The notes: generated by a model from the sequence alone, not told the origin. A stretch of DNA of 64,000 bases from an uncultured Chloroflexia bacterium (GCA_963712745.1 CAVQJC010000004.1:192001-256000), one strand, 5' to 3'. Shown: positions 1-10,058, counted from the first letter of the stretch. Program-made: numbers and translations.

Positions 1-60
1 GACCCCAACGGGCGCACGGTCATGGAGAAGCTCATCGAGGAGCGGCTCTACAACGACTGA
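1..60 (+). CDS. 3' end of an unknown CDS (partial)
   Basis: Frame 1 reads DPNGRTVMEKLIEERLYND-stop with high-GC3 codon usage; small hairpin GGGCC-TCAC-GGCCC follows at 101-114. Confidence 0.55.
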   Translation, partial: DPNGRTVMEKLIEERLYND

Positions 61-1012
61 CAGACGTGCTTGTCCGCCGACGTACGCACACGCACGATAG
101 GGGCCTCACGGCCCAGACGGGCACCGGCACAAGGTGCCAGATAGAGTGCCAAGCTCAGCGCGCAGCCTCGCGATGTAGGGGTGCTGTCGTGGTGGCGGCT
201 CGCCTTTGAGGCTGAACGGCCGTCCTGGGCCGTCCTAGGGGCTCGTGGGTCTCGACACGGGTGCTACCGTGGTCGAGGTGCGCAGGCCGCTGTTCGAGCG
301 CCCGAGCCTCACCTCCCCGGTGCCGTGACCGGGGGAGAGCCGTGACGAGGGAGATAGCGAGAGTGAGCGTGCGACACTTCGTGTTCGCACTGGTGTTCGC
401 CGATGTCGCTATGACGATTGGGACGGTTGCCCTCTTCGTCTTTGGCGCCGACGACTATCCCGTGCGAGAGACCGTCCTAGGCAATCAGACTCGGGCCCGG
501 CCCGCGATGGGCGGACGTCTTCTCAGCTTCAGAGGAGGCAGCTCGGTAGCGCCAACGGCCTGACATCCACCAGCGACTCCGCGACAAGGCCCCGCCCGCA
601 CCCGACCGCTGGCGTAGGGCTTGCCGCGGGCGGGTATAACGGGCCCAGGAGCCCGCGGAGCCCAGGGGCCGGGTGGCGTCAGGTCCTCGGGCTCGCGTCC
701 CTCTAGCAGCGCGTCGAGCAGCACCGCCGCGTCATCCTCGCTCAAGACGCGGCCAAATACGAGGCGCATGTCTGGGACGTCGCGTCCTACCAAGGACGAA
801 ATCGATACAACGAGTCCCGCGGCTTCTCGAACAGCGAGATCAGTGAGAGTTCGGCGGACGACCTCATCCATACGAACATCGATGGCGAAGGCAGGCACGG
901 TGATTCCACGGCCAGTTATCCGGAGACCGGCCTGGACGAGCGCCGCCAGAACTCGAACGACGACGCCTTCATCGAGGTGGAGGTCTACTAGCCCACCGAC
1001 GAGCCACCGACC

Positions 1013-1039
1013 GAGGCCCATCCCGCGAGGGCGGGCCTC
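1013..1039. terminator. GC-rich hairpin, possible bidirectional terminator
   Basis: GAGGCCC-ATCCCGCGAGGGC-GGGCCTC; lies between stop codons of two convergent ORF remnants (TAG 989-991 on +, TAG 1043-1045 on -); near-identical to hairpin at 1845-1870. Confidence 0.45.
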
Positions 1040-1540
1040 CACCTATGTCTCAGCGTTCTCCAACAGGGACCGGTCAACGGCCACCCGCATGCCCCGCGAG
1101 CTGTCTGTCGGACCGGGACTCAACACCGTCCCCGTGTCGGGCGTGACGCCCGCGATGGTGAGCCGATCCTAGCCGCGCCATCGGCCATCGAGGACGGGCC
1201 ATCCACGAGTCAACCGGCTCGGCCACGCAACCCCGCGGGCCGAACCTCCCTCTACGTATGTGTGGGCGGCTCGCTGATGAGTCTGCTCTCACTCAGGGTC
1301 CGGTGGCTCCAGGCAGGCGGAGTCGCCGGACCCTCGGCACTCGTGCCGAGAGCGCGGGTCCCTTGCGTGCGCGACTAGCATGGTGCTGCCCCGGCCGTCG
1401 CCTGCCCGCGGAGCAGGCAGGGGATCCGCGACGGCTGTGGGCGAGCCGGTTGAACGTACGGGCAAGCGCTGGCATCGTCCACCGAGCACCGGCCTGCCTG
1501 CCCCCGAGCCGTGGCGGGTATCCGGTGCCGCTGAGAGGGA

Positions 1541-1759
1541 GTGGCCGCTACGTCGCTCGGAGACCCGGTGGCGCGGAGCCGCGACGGCTACCGGCATCGG
1601 GAACACGTTCGCCAGGCCGACGGCTCGGTCCTGACCCTGTGCGGCAACCTCATCGTCCAGCCCCACTATCACGGCGCCGGCGCCATGTGCCCGGCATGTG
1701 AGGCGCGCTGGCGAGAGCACACGCGCCATCCGCCTCGGCCGAAGGAGCTGGTGGTCTGA
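1541..1759 (+). CDS. small putative zinc-finger protein (H...TLCG...CPAC); alternative start GTG 1568
   Basis: EHVRQADGSVLTLCG...MCPACEARW gives His/Cys spacing of small zinc-ribbon proteins; GGAG precedes GTG 1568. Confidence 0.5.
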   Translation: MAATSLGDPVARSRDGYRHREHVRQADGSVLTLCGNLIVQPHYHGAGAMCPACEARWREHTRHPPRPKELVV

Positions 1760-1844
1760 CCGCCTGTGGACAACCCCCTTGACAATGCGCAAGACCGAGT
1801 GTGGCGGTGACCCCACGGTCGAGGCATGGTCGGGCAACCGCCTA

Positions 1845-1876
1845 AGGCCCGTCCCGCGAGGGGCGGGCCTCTTCTT
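1845..1876 (+). terminator. Rho-independent terminator
   Basis: AGGCCCGTCCC-GCGA-GGGGCGGGCCT stem with GNRA loop followed by CTTCTT. Confidence 0.7.
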
Positions 1877-2140
1877 ATGCCCGCTGCGAGCACGGGGCCG
1901 GTCGAGGAGGGCGTCCAACTCGGCGTCGTGGCCGGTCAGCGCTCGTCGGCTTGCGAGTTAGCTGGTGAGTAGACATTGGGCAGAGACTCGAAGGCAGCGG
2001 CAGGCCGTGAAGTCCGACTCGCGTACGCTGGCCGCCTGAGTCGCTCCGAGCCACTGGCGAACCCGACCCGCGAACGACCGAGCGCGCTCGGCATCATCGC
2101 GGCATGATGGCTCGATGAACGGGGTGCCAGAGGCCCGACG

Positions 2141-3838
2141 ATGAGCGAACCGGTCGACGTCGTCGCGCTGGTAGAGCGCCTGGCCCAGAGCGCGGAGCAA
2201 CGCTGGCAGTTGCTCGCCGAGGCCCAGCGGGAGATCGGCCTCGACCCCGAAGCCCCCGTCTCGCCTACGGCGGCACGCGGACCGCGCGAACGTGCCCGTG
2301 AGCTGCGCGACCATGCGCGTTCCTTCCTGTTGCCACGGGCCCATGACCTAGATGCGCCACTGCTCGTCGCCATCGTCGGCCCCACCGGTTCCGGCAAGTC
2401 CAGCCTCCTGAACACCCTGGCCGGCGCAGCGGTGAGCAAGACGGGCGTGCTGCGACCGACCACGCGAGATGTCGTCGCGGTGGGCGACGCCTCCGACCTG
2501 GAGCGCGCCGTCGAGGTCGGCGCCCTGGCCGGCCTCCCTGCCGAGCATATCGAACTACACGTCGCGGACATCCTGCCTGGCTTGGTGATCGTCGACGCAC
2601 CCGATGTCGATTCGGTCGAGCGCGCCGATCGCGCCCTGTCCGACCACCTCCTCGAGGCCGCTGACGTGGGCGTCTTCGTGACGACCTCGACGCGCTACGC
2701 AGACCGCGTCCCGTGGGACGTGCTGGAGCGGGCCGAGGAGCGTCATCTCAACCTCATCGTCATCGTCAACCGGATGCCCGCAGGAAACGACGCCGCGGTC
2801 GTGCTCGAGGACATCAGGGCGCTGTTGGCAGAGACCGAGCTCCGTGTGCGCGAGATCATCAGCGTTCCCGACGGCGCCCTCGCGGACGACGGCGCCTCGT
2901 TGGTGCCGTCGACCGTCGAGCCACTCACACGCTGGCTGGCGACATTGTCGGCCGACGCTGCCGAGCGGCGTGCGCTCGCCGAGGATGCCCTGGCCGGTGC
3001 TCTCCGGGGCGTCACGCCCCTCGCCCATACCGTGGCCGACGACCTCGACCGGGAGGTGCGGGCACGAAAGACGCTCCTCGAGTACGCCCGGCACGCCTAC
3101 GCCGATGAGAACGCCGCGATGTGCGAACGGCTGTTCTCCGGCTCGTTCCTGCGGGAGGAGGTCATCCGCCACTGGCACAGCTTTGTGGGGGCCGACCAGG
3201 TCACGCGATACTTCGCCAAGGGCGTAGGCCGGGTGCGCGGCACGTTGGCGGCGCTCCTGCGCCGGGCTCCTCGCGCGCCGGTGGAGGCGGTACAGCAAGG
3301 CGCAGCCGACGACATCGCCGCGCTCGTCGCGAGTCACACCGCAGAAGCCGCCCGCCGGACATCAGAACGCTGGTCGGCCGACCCCGATGGTGCGCTGCTG
3401 ATCGAAGCTCACCCGGAGCTCTGGTCGTGCTCGCCTGAGCTCGAGACCGCGACGCGCCAGGCGGTGGACGCTTGGATCCAGACGATGGCGCACGACGTGG
3501 CCGAACGCGGTGCTAGGCGGCGCGGTCCCGCGCGCCTCGCGGCGCTGGGCGTGAACGCGGCTGCGGTGACGCTCATGCTCGTGACGTTCAGCAGCACCGG
3601 CGGAATCAGCGGCGCGGAATTCGGCATCGCCGCGGCCACCGCCTTGCTCAATCAGAAGCTGCTCGAAGCCCTCTTCGGTGAGGCAGCGGTGCAAGCGATG
3701 ATCGGTCGTGCGCGCCGGAATCTGAGCGATGCTCTGGAGGCACTCCTGGCCGCGGAGCGGCGACGATTCGAGGTCCAGCTCGGGGATGTCGCCGCGCGTG
3801 AGCGGCTAGCAGACGAACTCCGAACCGTCGGGGCATGA
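2141..3838 (+). CDS. dynamin-like / TRAFAC GTPase (first of tandem pair)
   Basis: G1 GPTGSGKSSLLN, G2 RPTT, G3-like DAPD, G4-like VNR, long helical C-terminal region with hydrophobic paddle (LAALGVNAAAVTLMLV). Confidence 0.85.
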   Translation: MSEPVDVVALVERLAQSAEQRWQLLAEAQREIGLDPEAPVSPTAARGPRERARELRDHARSFLLPRAHDLDAPLLVAIVGPTGSGKSSLLNTLAGAAVSKTGVLRPTTRDVVAVGDASDLERAVEVGALAGLPAEHIELHVADILPGLVIVDAPDVDSVERADRALSDHLLEAADVGVFVTTSTRYADRVPWDVLERAEERHLNLIVIVNRMPAGNDAAVVLEDIRALLAETELRVREIISVPDGALADDGASLVPSTVEPLTRWLATLSADAAERRALAEDALAGALRGVTPLAHTVADDLDREVRARKTLLEYARHAYADENAAMCERLFSGSFLREEVIRHWHSFVGADQVTRYFAKGVGRVRGTLAALLRRAPRAPVEAVQQGAADDIAALVASHTAEAARRTSERWSADPDGALLIEAHPELWSCSPELETATRQAVDAWIQTMAHDVAERGARRRGPARLAALGVNAAAVTLMLVTFSSTGGISGAEFGIAAATALLNQKLLEALFGEAAVQAMIGRARRNLSDALEALLAAERRRFEVQLGDVAARERLADELRTVGA

Positions 3839-3842
3839 TCCG

Positions 3843-5432
3843 ATGACCCTCGAGTCGACCCGGTCGGCGCTCGGGCGCGCCGTCGAGGCCGCCGAGACAC
3901 TCGGCCTTGGGACCGCTGAGGCGCAGGTGGTGGCCCGGACCATCGACGAGCGCCAGGGCTATGCGAGCGACCTCTATGTGCTCGGGCTAGCCGGCGGGAC
4001 CGGCGTTGGCAAGTCGAGCCTCCTGAACGCCCTCGCGGGGACCGACATCAGCCCTGCCGGTGCACGTCGTCCCACCACCAGAGCGCCCGTCGCCCTGCTA
4101 CCCCTTGAGTACCAGGCCGAAGCCGGCCCGCTGCTCGAGTGGCTGGGTGGGGCGGAGGCCAGGACATGGGCCGGTGAGGGCTCCGCCGTCGCCATCGTGG
4201 ATCTGCCGGATCTCGACTCCATCGAGCCGGCCCACGCCGCCCGGGTCGATGCCGTCCTACCGAAGATCGACGCGGTGCTGTGGGTGACCGATCCGGAGAA
4301 GTACGACGACGCCATCCTGCACGATCGCTACCTGCGGCGCTGGATGCCGCGTCTCGCTCGCCAAGCGCTCGTGGTCAACAAGTCCGACCGACTGGCTCCC
4401 GAGGACATGCAACGAGTCTGCGATGACCTTCGGCAGCGACTCAAGGTGGAGGCCTTGCCGGCGGTCCCGGTGCTGGACGTGTCCGCCATCGCCAATGTGG
4501 AGCCGCTACGTGAGTGGTTGCTCGAAGGGGCATCCGCCAAGGCGGTCGTGACCGCGCGACTGCATCAGGGAGCTGTCGATGCCGTAAGGGAGCTGGCCGC
4601 GACTGCCGGCATCGACGACGCCGCGGCGCCCGGCCCGCTCGCCACGACGGCGGCACAGGCCGAAGCTGTGGCCGCCAGTCGCGATGCCATCCTTGACCTC
4701 ATCGGCCCTGAAGGATTGCGCGCTCAGGCGGCTGCGGCGGTACGAGCCGAGGCAGGCGGCGGACCGATCCAGCGCGCACGGACGCTCCTCGATCGCGGCT
4801 CAGGTATCACAGCGCGGCGCGACGATCCCGAGGGCTACCTGCGGCGCTGGCGCGAACGGGGCTCGCTCGACCGAGCCATGGCACCGATCCGGCAGGTCCT
4901 GCTGGCGGCCGCCGGCACCCTGCCCGCGCGACTGCGGCCGAGCCTGCTCGCGTCCGCGGACCCCGTATCCATCGGCGAAAAGCTTGCGATGGGCGTCGAT
5001 GCCGCGGTGAGTAGCCCCGTGGTCAGGGGCGACGGAACGAGCAGCAGGCTCTGGCCGGTGATCGGGCTCTTGCGGCTCGCAGCCATCGCCTCCGTGCTGG
5101 CCGGGGCCATCTGGCTGTTGGTGCAGTTGGCCGTGGCCGGGTCTTCGTCCATACCGGCCGTGCTCATCGTCGGTGGCTTGCTGGCCGCGTTCCTCTTGGG
5201 TCGCCTCCTGCACTGGCAGGCTGGTCGGTCAGGGAAGGAATGGGCGGACTCGATCCTCGAGGACCTTGGGCGTGGGGTGTCGGTGATGGTGGCCGACGTT
5301 CTGGGCGCGCATCTGGGCCCGATGGACGAGGCGCGACATGCACTGTGGGCCGCAGTGCGAGACGTCGAACGAGCGTCTGCGATCGACCGTGATACCCAAA
5401 GGGTTCCGCCGAGGCCGGAACCTCGACCTTGA
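3843..5432 (+). CDS. dynamin-like / YfjP-like GTPase with two C-terminal TM helices
   Basis: GGTGVGKSSLLN, RRPTT, DLPDLDS, WVTDPEKY, NKSD; two hydrophobic helices near C-terminus; starts 4 nt after previous gene. Confidence 0.85.
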   Translation: MTLESTRSALGRAVEAAETLGLGTAEAQVVARTIDERQGYASDLYVLGLAGGTGVGKSSLLNALAGTDISPAGARRPTTRAPVALLPLEYQAEAGPLLEWLGGAEARTWAGEGSAVAIVDLPDLDSIEPAHAARVDAVLPKIDAVLWVTDPEKYDDAILHDRYLRRWMPRLARQALVVNKSDRLAPEDMQRVCDDLRQRLKVEALPAVPVLDVSAIANVEPLREWLLEGASAKAVVTARLHQGAVDAVRELAATAGIDDAAAPGPLATTAAQAEAVAASRDAILDLIGPEGLRAQAAAAVRAEAGGGPIQRARTLLDRGSGITARRDDPEGYLRRWRERGSLDRAMAPIRQVLLAAAGTLPARLRPSLLASADPVSIGEKLAMGVDAAVSSPVVRGDGTSSRLWPVIGLLRLAAIASVLAGAIWLLVQLAVAGSSSIPAVLIVGGLLAAFLLGRLLHWQAGRSGKEWADSILEDLGRGVSVMVADVLGAHLGPMDEARHALWAAVRDVERASAIDRDTQRVPPRPEPRP

Positions 5433-5514
5433 GAGGTGGATCGGCGAAGGGCGGCATCCGCTGGTCGCCGCCGCGACCACACTTGGCCCCAGACCACCCG
5501 ACGTGACGGAGCGA

Positions 5515-5718
5515 CTACGTCAGCCAGGTCACGAAGAGCCAGACCAGTCGCTTGTCGGTGGCGAACCGTTCGATGGTGACGAGCGCCCCCACTTCGAGCT
5601 GGGTGATATCGAGCGTCGCGACATGCCCATCAGGGTCGGCATCGGGCCCAAACTCGTGCGGATAACGCTCGGCTCGGGTGACGGGGACTCCGACGAGCGG
5701 ATAGGTGCTGTCTGCCAT
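5515..5718 (-). CDS. small hypothetical protein (67 aa)
   Basis: Strong RBS AAGGAGG before ATG at 5718; MADSTYPLVG...LVWLFVTWLT. Confidence 0.6.
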   Translation of the reverse strand: MADSTYPLVGVPVTRAERYPHEFGPDADPDGHVATLDITQLEVGALVTIERFATDKRLVWLFVTWLT

Positions 5719-5780
5719 CGCATCCTCCTTCGTGCTTCGCTCCAGGTGGCTCGATCGCGCGGCTCGCATCCTGGCCCGCC

Positions 5781-6260
5781 CTAACCGCAGGGAAGGTCGC
5801 GGAAGCGTGCGTCGACGCGGTCGTACAGCGGATCGCAGACGGCGGCCAGGACTGGCCCAACCCAGGCGGGCATCCCCCGGCGCTCGGTGTAGTAGGGCGG
5901 CATGGCCTCGAAGATGAAGCGGGCACCTCCCAGCGTGTCGCTGGCACCGAACACGATGCGACCGATGCCGCAGAGCAGCAGCGAGCCGAAGCACATGAGG
6001 CACGGCTCGAGGGTCGTATAGCAGGTCATCTCGGCAGCACTGGGCCACAGGTCGATAGGTAACCCCGCCAGCGCCTCGCGTTCAGCGTGGCGCAACGGCT
6101 GGTACCCCTCGCTCAGGACGCGGGCGCTGCCCTCGGCCACGACCTCGTCTCCGAGGGTGATGAGGCTGCCGACGGGAACGTCTCCGCGCGCCTCGGCCTC
6201 AAGAGCCAGTGTCACCGCCCGCTCCATCAGGACGACGTCCCGGCTCGTCCAGTCGATCAT
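5781..6260 (-). CDS. nucleoside deaminase (TadA/cytidine deaminase fold)
   Basis: PVGS, HAE and TLEPCLMC zinc-binding motifs; ATG at 6260. Confidence 0.9.
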   Translation of the reverse strand: MIDWTSRDVVLMERAVTLALEAEARGDVPVGSLITLGDEVVAEGSARVLSEGYQPLRHAEREALAGLPIDLWPSAAEMTCYTTLEPCLMCFGSLLLCGIGRIVFGASDTLGGARFIFEAMPPYYTERRGMPAWVGPVLAAVCDPLYDRVDARFRDLPCG

Positions 6261-6496
6261 GCCGTCAGCCGCTCCCCGGCTGACGCCAAGCCGAACGTGA
6301 CGCAGGCCCGGGCCGTCGGGTCGGCCGGTTCCTCGGCGGTCGCCGCAGTGGTCCACGCCCCCGGCACTTCGAGGACGACCACCGTGCCTGCTCCCATCGC
6401 ACGCATTCCGTACCTCCTGGGTGCCAACGAGCGGGTCGGGTTCGCCAGTGGCTCGGCGCGGTCCAGGGCGGCCACGGTCGACGAGCCGCGCGTCAT
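6257..6496 (-). CDS. hypothetical protein
   Basis: GGAGG RBS before ATG 6496; ATGA overlap with deaminase start; no recognisable motif. Confidence 0.3.
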   Translation of the reverse strand: MTRGSSTVAALDRAEPLANPTRSLAPRRYGMRAMGAGTVVVLEVPGAWTTAATAEEPADPTARACVTFGLASAGERLTA

Positions 6497-6690
6497 CGCC
6501 TCCCGCTCCACCCGATTCTCTCGCGGTCGTCCACCGGTCTCGCGAACACGACCGCGAATCGCCATATGCAGAGTGTGATATCTGGTCGCCGCCGCCCACG
6601 CGATCGCGCAATCGTGGCGACATCGAGACCGTTGCCGCGTACCGGTCATCCGCATCCGGTCATGTGCCTGGGCGACCCGGGAAGGATCCG

Positions 6691-7446
6691 TCAGTCGCGC
6701 ACCAGCTCGATGCGTTGCGAGAGCTTGATCCGCCAGGGCCAGCGCCACGTTCGGGCCGAGATGAGGCGCAGCTCGCTCTCGCGGAGCAGCTCGGCAGGGT
6801 CGGGCACATGGCCGTGGAAGAGCGCGAAGACACTCGGTCCGAGGTCCCAGATGAGCACACGCCCACCTGGTCGCAGGACGCGCGCGATCTCATCGATGCC
6901 AGCACCGGGATCAGCCCAGTGATGGAGGGAGAAGGTGCTCACGACGAGGTCGAAGGATTCCGGCTCGAACGGGAGGGCCGCGACGTCGCCGACAAGGAAG
7001 TCGGCCGATGGCCCCGAATCGCCAGAGGACCGTCCGAGTGCGTTCGAGCGAGCCCGCTCGATCATGGCTGGATCAAGGTCGAGTCCGGTGACATCGAACC
7101 CATTGACAGCGGCGATGAGGCCCGCGAGATGTCCTGGCCCACAACCGATCTCGAGGATCCTGGCGCCCGGAGTGACCGTGGTGACGATGTCGGCGGAGAT
7201 CGATTCGAAGAAGGGCGCGAAGAGGACGCCGGTCACCCGGTCGTACGCACCTACCTGGTCGATGAGGATGCCGCCGGGGTCGGTTCTGGACGACCCGGGG
7301 GCCCGAACGAGACGCGTGACGATGAGCGCCAGCCCGGTGGACAGCGCCACCAGCGCGACGAAACGGATGAGCCGGCACATCAGCGCTGTTCGGACGATGC
7401 GAAGCCGGCTTGCGACGACATGCGGTCTCCGCGGCGGCTCTGGCAT
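6691..7446 (-). CDS. class I SAM-dependent methyltransferase with N-terminal hydrophobic segment (start may be ATG 7380)
   Basis: ILEIGCGPG, GLDLDPAM, GDVAALPF, FDLVVSTFSLHHW, RVLRPGG. Confidence 0.9.
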   Translation of the reverse strand: MPEPPRRPHVVASRLRIVRTALMCRLIRFVALVALSTGLALIVTRLVRAPGSSRTDPGGILIDQVGAYDRVTGVLFAPFFESISADIVTTVTPGARILEIGCGPGHLAGLIAAVNGFDVTGLDLDPAMIERARSNALGRSSGDSGPSADFLVGDVAALPFEPESFDLVVSTFSLHHWADPGAGIDEIARVLRPGGRVLIWDLGPSVFALFHGHVPDPAELLRESELRLISARTWRWPWRIKLSQRIELVRD

Positions 7447-7585
7447 GGCATGGTCGCTCGAGGATACGTGCTCGGTCGTGGGCCCGCCGGTACGCCTGGG
7501 CCTGAGCCGACGCGGTCGTGAGCGTTCTCTCGCCAGCCTGCGTCAGCGGCGTATCCCGCAGTCGTGGCCGACGGCGTGCGCCGTG

Positions 7586-8290
7586 CTACTCCTCCGCGGG
7601 TTGCCCCGAGCCGGCGTCCTCGAGCGCGGTCACGCGCTCGTCCAGGTCTTCGACGGCCTTCTCGGTGTCCTTGAGGCGGTTGCGCACGTTGACCACGTTG
7701 ACGTCACCCACCTGCTCCTGCAACTGGTCGACATCCGAGCGGAGCTGCTGGACCTCGGCGTCGATTCGGGCGACGGTCGCACTCAGCTCGCCGACGTCCG
7801 ACGGGCCATAGCGCTTCGTCAGCGTCACGGTCGGGGCGTGCTCCGACTCGACGTCGCCGCATCGCTGGACTACCGGGAATTCGATGACCGCGTCCTGCTC
7901 GTCAGGGAAGCGGGCTCTGAGGCCGAACTCCAGTAGCTGCCCGTCGTCCAACGAACCATCGCTCCAGAGGACCACCGTGAGCGCACCCTCGTCGTCGGGC
8001 TCCGCCCCTTGGTCCTCGTCGTTCGCCGGCACGCCCACGAAGAGCTCCCAGCCGGGCATCGCCTCCGGGGTCGGATTGGTGACGTTCTCCGGTACCGTGA
8101 CCTCGAGCTCGTTCGTCGGCAGGCCATCGCAGCCCGACGTGACCTGGAAATGGATGAGGAACGTACTACCGGGCGTCACGGCGCCACCCTCCGGGATGTT
8201 GACCGCGCTGGCCGGGAGTGCAGCCCCGATGAGGAGCGTTGCCAGTGCAACCGCGACGGCGACCCGGCGCGAGGCTAGATGTCGTTTCAC
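7586..8290 (-). CDS. secreted YcnI/DUF1775-family protein with C-terminal coiled coil
   Basis: Signal peptide ending ASA; FQVTSGCDG..T..LEV.VP, P.AMPGW, W..GSL, EF, FPVVQRC; heptad-rich tail; GTG 8290 after GGAGAG. Confidence 0.75.
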   Translation of the reverse strand: MKRHLASRRVAVAVALATLLIGAALPASAVNIPEGGAVTPGSTFLIHFQVTSGCDGLPTNELEVTVPENVTNPTPEAMPGWELFVGVPANDEDQGAEPDDEGALTVVLWSDGSLDDGQLLEFGLRARFPDEQDAVIEFPVVQRCGDVESEHAPTVTLTKRYGPSDVGELSATVARIDAEVQQLRSDVDQLQEQVGDVNVVNVRNRLKDTEKAVEDLDERVTALEDAGSGQPAEE

Positions 8291-8624
8291 GTGCTCTCTC
8301 CGGTAAGGGTGGCTGGGCCGCCAATCGTAGTCGCCCGGCCGGTGGCGCGCTCGAAGGCATCGCCCGTGCGCTCCTTGCCGCCGAGTGCCGCGACTTCCCC
8401 ATCGATGGACTCGAAGGGGCCACCGGATACCCTCGAGCTGTTGATGGCGAGATCGACAGCGGAGGATGGCCCATGGCCCCGGTGGACAGTCTGGCACGCC
8501 TGCGCAAGGCACTCATCGACCCAGCCGAGCGGGGTGAGGCACCCGTGACCCAGGCCACGGCCGGTCGAGCAGAGCGGGGCCTCCGTCTGCTCCCGACTGG
8601 CTAGATACCCCAGGCCCGTAGCTG

Positions 8625-9840
8625 TCAAGCAGCAAGCTGCTCGAGGGGTCGACCCCAGGCCGTCTCCTCGTCGTAGCGGGTCCGATGCGTGAGGCAGCCG
8701 TGGAGGATGCCCACGAGCCTGTTGGCGAGCTTGCGACGGGCGGTCCTGGACGTGTGTGGTCCCGGGTCGTGGGCGTCGTAGTAGGCGCGGGCACCGGGTG
8801 ACGCGCTCAGGGCACAGAGGGCCCACTGGTACGTGGCATCGGCGAGCCGGCGGTTGCGCACGAGACGAGCCACGACGACGTGGCTCGTGCCCGATGCCCG
8901 CGTGATCGGGCTGGTGCCCGCGTAGTTGCGCCGGGCCCTAGCATCGGCATAGCGGTCGGGGGCATCCCCGAACTCCGCGAGCACCCGGGCGCCGAGGACA
9001 GCACCGAGTCCAGGCAGACTTCGCAGGATCTCGGCGTCCGGGTGACGATCGAAGGCATCGACGAGCTCGGCCTCGAGCCGGGCGATCTGCTCGCTCAAGG
9101 TCCTGATGACCGCCACGAGCGCGGTGGTGTTCGCCGCCTGGGCCTCGGCCACGAGCGCTGGAGCCGCCAGTTGTGGCGCCCGCAGGGCCGAGCGGATCTC
9201 GCTCGCCCGCTGCTCGAGGTTCCGCTGTCGGCCGCCCTTGCGCAGGAGCGAGACGGTCTTCGCCTGGCTGAGCTTGCGTCCGCGCACAGGATCGGGTGCC
9301 GCCATGAGCACCGCGGTCGCATCGGGGTGCGCGAGGTCCTCGAAGGCGACCATGGCCCCCGGGTAGTACTCGCGCAGGGCGCTGCGCAGCGCGTTGGTCT
9401 GGCGCCCCCGCGTCCAGATGAGGTTCTGGTGGGCCCGGGCGAGGACCTTGATGGCTGCCTGGAGCTCGCTGTCGGGGGCCACCCGACGATGATGCTGGCG
9501 GTCGGTGCGGACGAGATCGGCGAGGACCCGTGCGTCGCCCCGGTCGGACTTGGCCCGGCTCGTCGTATGGCGCTCGCGATATCTCGAGGCCGCGAGCGGG
9601 TTGACCGCATACACCCCGTACCCCGCCGCAAGCAGGGCGGTCACGAGCAGGCCCCGGTCGGTCTCGATGCCGACGATCACATCGGCCGGCTCGTCGGCAT
9701 GCTCACCGAGCAGCGCGTGCAGGCGGGCCACGCCCTCGAGGCCCTCGGGGATGCGCCTGGTCGCGAGCACCTCCCCCTCGCTGTCGAGCACGCAGACGTC
9801 GTGGTGCGTCTCGGCCCAGTCGATGCCGATGAAGATCGAT
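8625..9840 (-). CDS. IS110 DEDD transposase (bridge recombinase); start codon appears as ATCG (extra C)
   Basis: IFIGIDWAETHHDVC, IETDRG, KSDRGDA, LPGLG, TRASG catalytic Ser; frame open to 9836, GGAGGGAG RBS precedes ATCG at 9840. Confidence 0.92.
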
Positions 9841-9874
9841 CGCTCCCTCCATCTCCGCTTCGGAGCCGCAGGAG

Positions 9875-10050
9875 GCGGTCATGGCGCCCTAATGGACCAG
9901 TGCTCATCGGCACGTCACCCCAGCAGCCATCTCGACCGTCCTCGCCGACCGCCGGGGGCACGATCTAGCCGTGGGACTCAGACGTCCTGACTCGGCCAGT
10001 GCTCACCCGGTGGTCCGGCTCGGCGACCAGTCTGAACCCTCAGTCCGGTC
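9875..10050 (-). ncRNA. IS110 bridge RNA (5' stem-loop, target-binding loop, donor-binding loop)
   Basis: Two internal loops closed by stems, with guide segments matching the insertion target (GGCCGAGTC / GGCTAGA) and the donor junction (CTGGGGTGAC / TGGTCCATTAG); ends approximate. Confidence 0.8.
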
Positions 10051-10058
10051 TGGCCCAT

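Noticed and set aside
485-1042. 185-aa minus-strand ORF
   Set aside because: Reads like an antisense shadow frame (LVDLHLDEGVVV...), runs through a hairpin and has no motif; the opposite frame looks more protein-like
1765-1773. DnaA-box-like TGTGGACAA
   Set aside because: Single 8/9 match with no box cluster or AT-rich unwinding element
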